Part shown: positions 60,901 to 64,000 of the stretch, one piece after another
Numbering within the stretch: position 1 is the first letter of the stretch
Layout: every line of letters begins with the position of its first letter
Origin: Vicugna vicugna
Taxonomy: Eukaryota
Assembly (NCBI GenBank): GCA_013265495.1
Contig: MU058687.1
Coordinates: 2,916,001 to 2,980,000, forward strand
Length of the DNA: 64,000 bases
Reading direction: 5' to 3'
Notes under the pieces: generated by a model
Told to the model about the DNA's origin: nothing
The model's input: only the letters and a program-made list of their open reading frames with translations
The model's database searches: none
Program-made: the position numbers and the translations under genes

Positions 60901-63167
60901 CTGTAGAGGCAAAGGACACCTGTCACTCCCAAAGGCAGGAAGGCATCGCCTCATTCCACAGGTGAAAAAACCAAGGCCCAGGGCTGGTAAGTAGGCTCCT
61001 GGGCCTTTCTTCTCCTGCTTCCTGAGCAGAATTCTGCCCCGATCTTTGGGTACCATATTGTGCCCCACCCTTTCCCCTTAAAGATGGGGCTTTAAAGTGA
61101 ACAAAGCATTTCATTCCACTCCCAGCCTTGCAACCACCCCATGAGTTGGGTGGAGGCATTGCCAGGGACACCCAACCAAGCCAAGTCTTTGTCCCCAGTT
61201 TCCTCCTGTGCAAGGCAGCAATCATGATGTTAAAGAGCCCAGGCTCTATAACCAGATGGATCTGAATTCACTTTCTGACTCTACTACTTATAAGCTGTGT
61301 GACCTTTAGCAAGTTTAGTATCCTCGCTGGGCCTCAGTTGCTTTATCAGTAAAACACAGAAAGTAAAAATTCCAACTCTTCATATTGTTGGAATGATTAA
61401 ATGAGGTCATCTATTAAAAGCTCTTGGCACAGCATCTATACAAAGTAAGTCTTCAACAATAATAGTGGCTCTCATTTTTTATTATTAATTATAAAGTACA
61501 GTTTACTAATTCCACAAAGATTTATTGAATAAGTACTAAAAACTAAACACTGTACTAGTGCTCAGGATAGAGAGAACACAAGACAAACTCAGTCCCTTCC
61601 TCAAGGTACTTACATCTGGCAAGGTGATTGGACTGGGTGGCGGCTGTCAGGTCAGTGATCCCCAGTGAATCACACCACAAGGATTCACACCCTTGAGGAG
61701 GGCCCCTCTGCCTCAACACTGGGCTCATCCATGTGACTGGTTTTGTCCAATGGGACATTAGCAAGAGTGATGTAGGCGGAGGTTGGAAAAGCACCTGCAC
61801 GCCAGGGCTTATCCTCTTGGAACACTCCCTTTTGGAACTGAGCTGCTACTCTGTAAAGAAGCTCAGCTACACTACAGAGTGATAAGAGGCCACAGGGAGC
61901 AAGATCCCAGAGGATGACAGGCATTCCAGCCCCAAATGAGCTCCCAGCTGAATGCAATGTGCACGTGACTCCAGCCACACCACATGGAACAGATGAGAAA
62001 TCAGAAATTGTTGTTGTAAGCCAGTTTGTTCAGGGATGGTTTTATACACAGCAATATAAAACTGAGCAGACCAGCTAATCCCAAAGACTCCTTTACTTTC
62101 CATGGCTCTAAGAGAAATCATACAAGAAGAAAAATCAGGCTCAGAGAGGTCAAGGTAGTGCTGGGGTCACACAGCAAGTAAGTAACAATGCAGGCCCCAC
62201 TCCCAGTTATCTGAGGGTATGGGAGTGGGGAGGGTAAACAGGTATACAGGGGAGGCCTGGAAGAGAGTGGTGGCCTCAGGCCAGGAGGTCTGGAGAGAGG
62301 AAGAGTCCCTTTACCCACCGAGAAGGAGCTGAGCTTCACACCCACTGCCCGGTGCTTCCTGCCCAGGCTGGCAAGGTACTCCTCCAGCGAGGATAGGTCC
62401 TCCACATTGGTCACCGCGGCGTCAATCACGAGCATCACCTGCCAAGACAAAGGAAGTGGTGAAAAGAGGCCATAGCAACCCCCAACCCCTGCTCACAACC
62501 AGAGTCCAGAACCTGGGGGTCTCAACCAGGAGGAAGACCTCAGTTTTCCAGGATCAGAGACAGAGGGCAGCCTGTGAATGCATACAGTAGGTGCTAAATG
62601 TGTGATGGCCAAACTACTAATGTTATACCATGAAAGAAGCCTCTCTCCTCTGAGGGGCTCAAAGCCATAAACACATCAGTTGGACAGTGTTGTTCTCCTG
62701 AGATGAGGGGACACTGAGGCCCTATGAGAGTCTGAGCCTCTAAGAAAACCCCAGCTTGGTTTTCACAGGCAGACGGCCTCTGATGGATCAGCGCCAATGC
62801 CACCTACAGGAGCCAGGGGACAAGACCAAGGGCAATGGCAGAGCTGGGAGCAGCTGGCTGAGCACAGAGCAGGGGAGAAGGCTGACTCTTGTGCCCCAGA
62901 CTCTGCCCAGCTCAACGCAGAGGAAAAGTGGCAGATGCCCTGATATGAGGGAGCAGAAGGCAATGGGTAAGACCAGGCCTGGGGCAGGAAACGAAAGTGA
63001 TTTCCCCATTCCAAGCTCTTCATTCTCTCCCAGGAAGGCTCCACCTGCCCCTCACCTTCCTGATGTGGTCCAGGAACTCAGGGGAAGAGAGGCAGTCCTC
63101 TGGGCTGGAGAACTGGCGGCAGTTGTACTGAAAGAGGGGCAGCAGGTCTGGCTCCAGGTCAAACAGC
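60766..63167 (-). CDS. NGB: Neuroglobin, partial spliced CDS (exons 2-4, residues ~31-151); exon 1 lies beyond the window end
   Basis: Joined exons give [37 protein letters not shown] / [40 protein letters not shown] / [44 protein letters not shown]. Distal His64, proximal His96 and Cys46/55/120 are present. Confidence 0.97.
61222..61470 (+). mobile_element. MIR SINE
   Basis: ctctactacttataagctgtgtgacctttagcaagtt...gggcctcagtt. Confidence 0.75.
61634..62068 (+). mobile_element. MLT1 (G/H-like) MaLR LTR in NGB intron 3
   Basis: ccatgtgactggttttgtccaatgggacattagcaa...ttgttgttgtaagcca...tttatacacagcaatataaaactga. Confidence 0.7.
62319..62438 (-). CDS. NGB: NGB exon 3 (120 nt)
   Basis: Minus strand: tggcag|GTGATGCTC...TTCTCG|gtgggt. 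Confidence 0.96.
63056..63167 (-). CDS. NGB: NGB exon 2 (112 nt)
   Basis: Minus strand: caacag|GCTGTTTGAC...AGGAAG|gtgagg. Confidence 0.96.
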
Positions 63168-63589
63168 CTGTTGGGGGAGGCCCGGTGTCAGCCATGGGGT
63201 GCTGCCCCTGCAGCCCCGGTGAGCCCTGGTTGCCCAGCAGCAGGGAGGGTGTGCAGTGCTGAGGCTGTAAACTATAGCACACCCTCCAACCTGGCATGCA
63301 CCCGTTTGCCAGTTTTGCTGGTACCCCTCTCTCCGCTCTCTCATATCTTCTGCAACCTGGAAAAAACAATGTATCCACAGGCCTCTCATAAAGCCTGGCA
63401 CATAATAGCACCTCCATAAACTGTTGAGGGACGTGGACTCAGATAGGAAGGGGTCCTCGAACAGGAAGACTGGAGTTACAGTATGGCTTCTCTCTCTCTC
63501 TCTACCTCCCTCCCTCCCGCTCTGGGTCAGAACCTCCCAATCTCATCATGTCTGAGAGGGCTTGGGCCAGTGATAACAGCATTTAGAAC

Positions 63590-63765
63590 TTCTTACACTT
63601 ACTGAGCATTGAGTAATTTACGCATGATTAACATGTATTCCTCACACTCCTAAGCAGTGGGTGTAACTGTTATCCCAGTTTTATAGAGGAGGAAACAGAA
63701 GCCCAGAGAGGTTAAGAACTTTGCCTAAGGTCACACAGCTTGTGAGTAACAGAGCCACAGAGGGT
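63590..63765 (-). mobile_element. MIR SINE in NGB intron 1
   Basis: ttatcccagttttatagaggaggaaacagaagcccagagaggttaagaactttgcctaaggtcacacagct. Confidence 0.8.
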
Positions 63766-64000
63766 GCCTGAGAAAACAGTGGGTTTGGGGAAAGCTGGGA
63801 GGCACAAACAGAAGCTCTCAGCCACATCTGGGGGTCATGGGGTTTTGTGTAACTCTGCAAATTCATTCCCTTTTCTTTAGGGGGAAGGTTTTGTAAAAGC
63901 CTCCTCAGAAGTTCTGGGCTGGCTGAGGGAGTCAAGGCTTCTGAAAAACCCTGGTGAGGGATCATTGCCTCTTTGGTGATGGCAAAGGGGTTACCTAGAC

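Noticed and set aside
1..64000. A novel biological system, or the several hundred short ORFs in the six-frame track
   Set aside because: Apart from those overlapping TMEM63C/NGB exons and one L1 fragment, they have no recognisable motifs and many start at non-ATG codons. They are expected by chance in GC-rich mammalian DNA. No prokaryotic features (operons, CRISPR, rRNA, tRNA) are visible.

Overview
Mammalian (eutherian, non-primate, non-rodent) genomic DNA containing two convergent, known genes. On the + strand is TMEM63C (OSCA/TMEM63 family osmo/mechanosensitive cation channel). All 22 coding exons can be read with GT-AG boundaries and consistent phases, from ATG 20787 to TGA 54106 (2418 nt, 805 aa). 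There is also a probable 63-nt 5'UTR exon at 16614-16676 and a ~2.7 kb 3'UTR; the promoter and first exon appear to lie upstream of the window. On the - strand are exons 2-4 and the 3'UTR of neuroglobin (NGB), whose exon 1 lies beyond base 64000. The rest is intronic or intergenic DNA full of old repeats (MIR, L2, L1M, MLT1, LTR16/LTR33, MER2, MER5, Charlie4); repeat names and human comparisons come from memory and were not searched. Almost all ORFs in the supplied track are chance ORFs. I found no evidence of a new biological system. The most interesting small signals are a near-perfect REST/RE1 site, RFX X-boxes and a CTCF core in TMEM63C introns, a 29-bp retro-insertion with a perfect 16-bp TSD that may point to a fruit-bat genome, and a seed-diverged counterpart of the human MIR1260A locus in the NGB 3'UTR.
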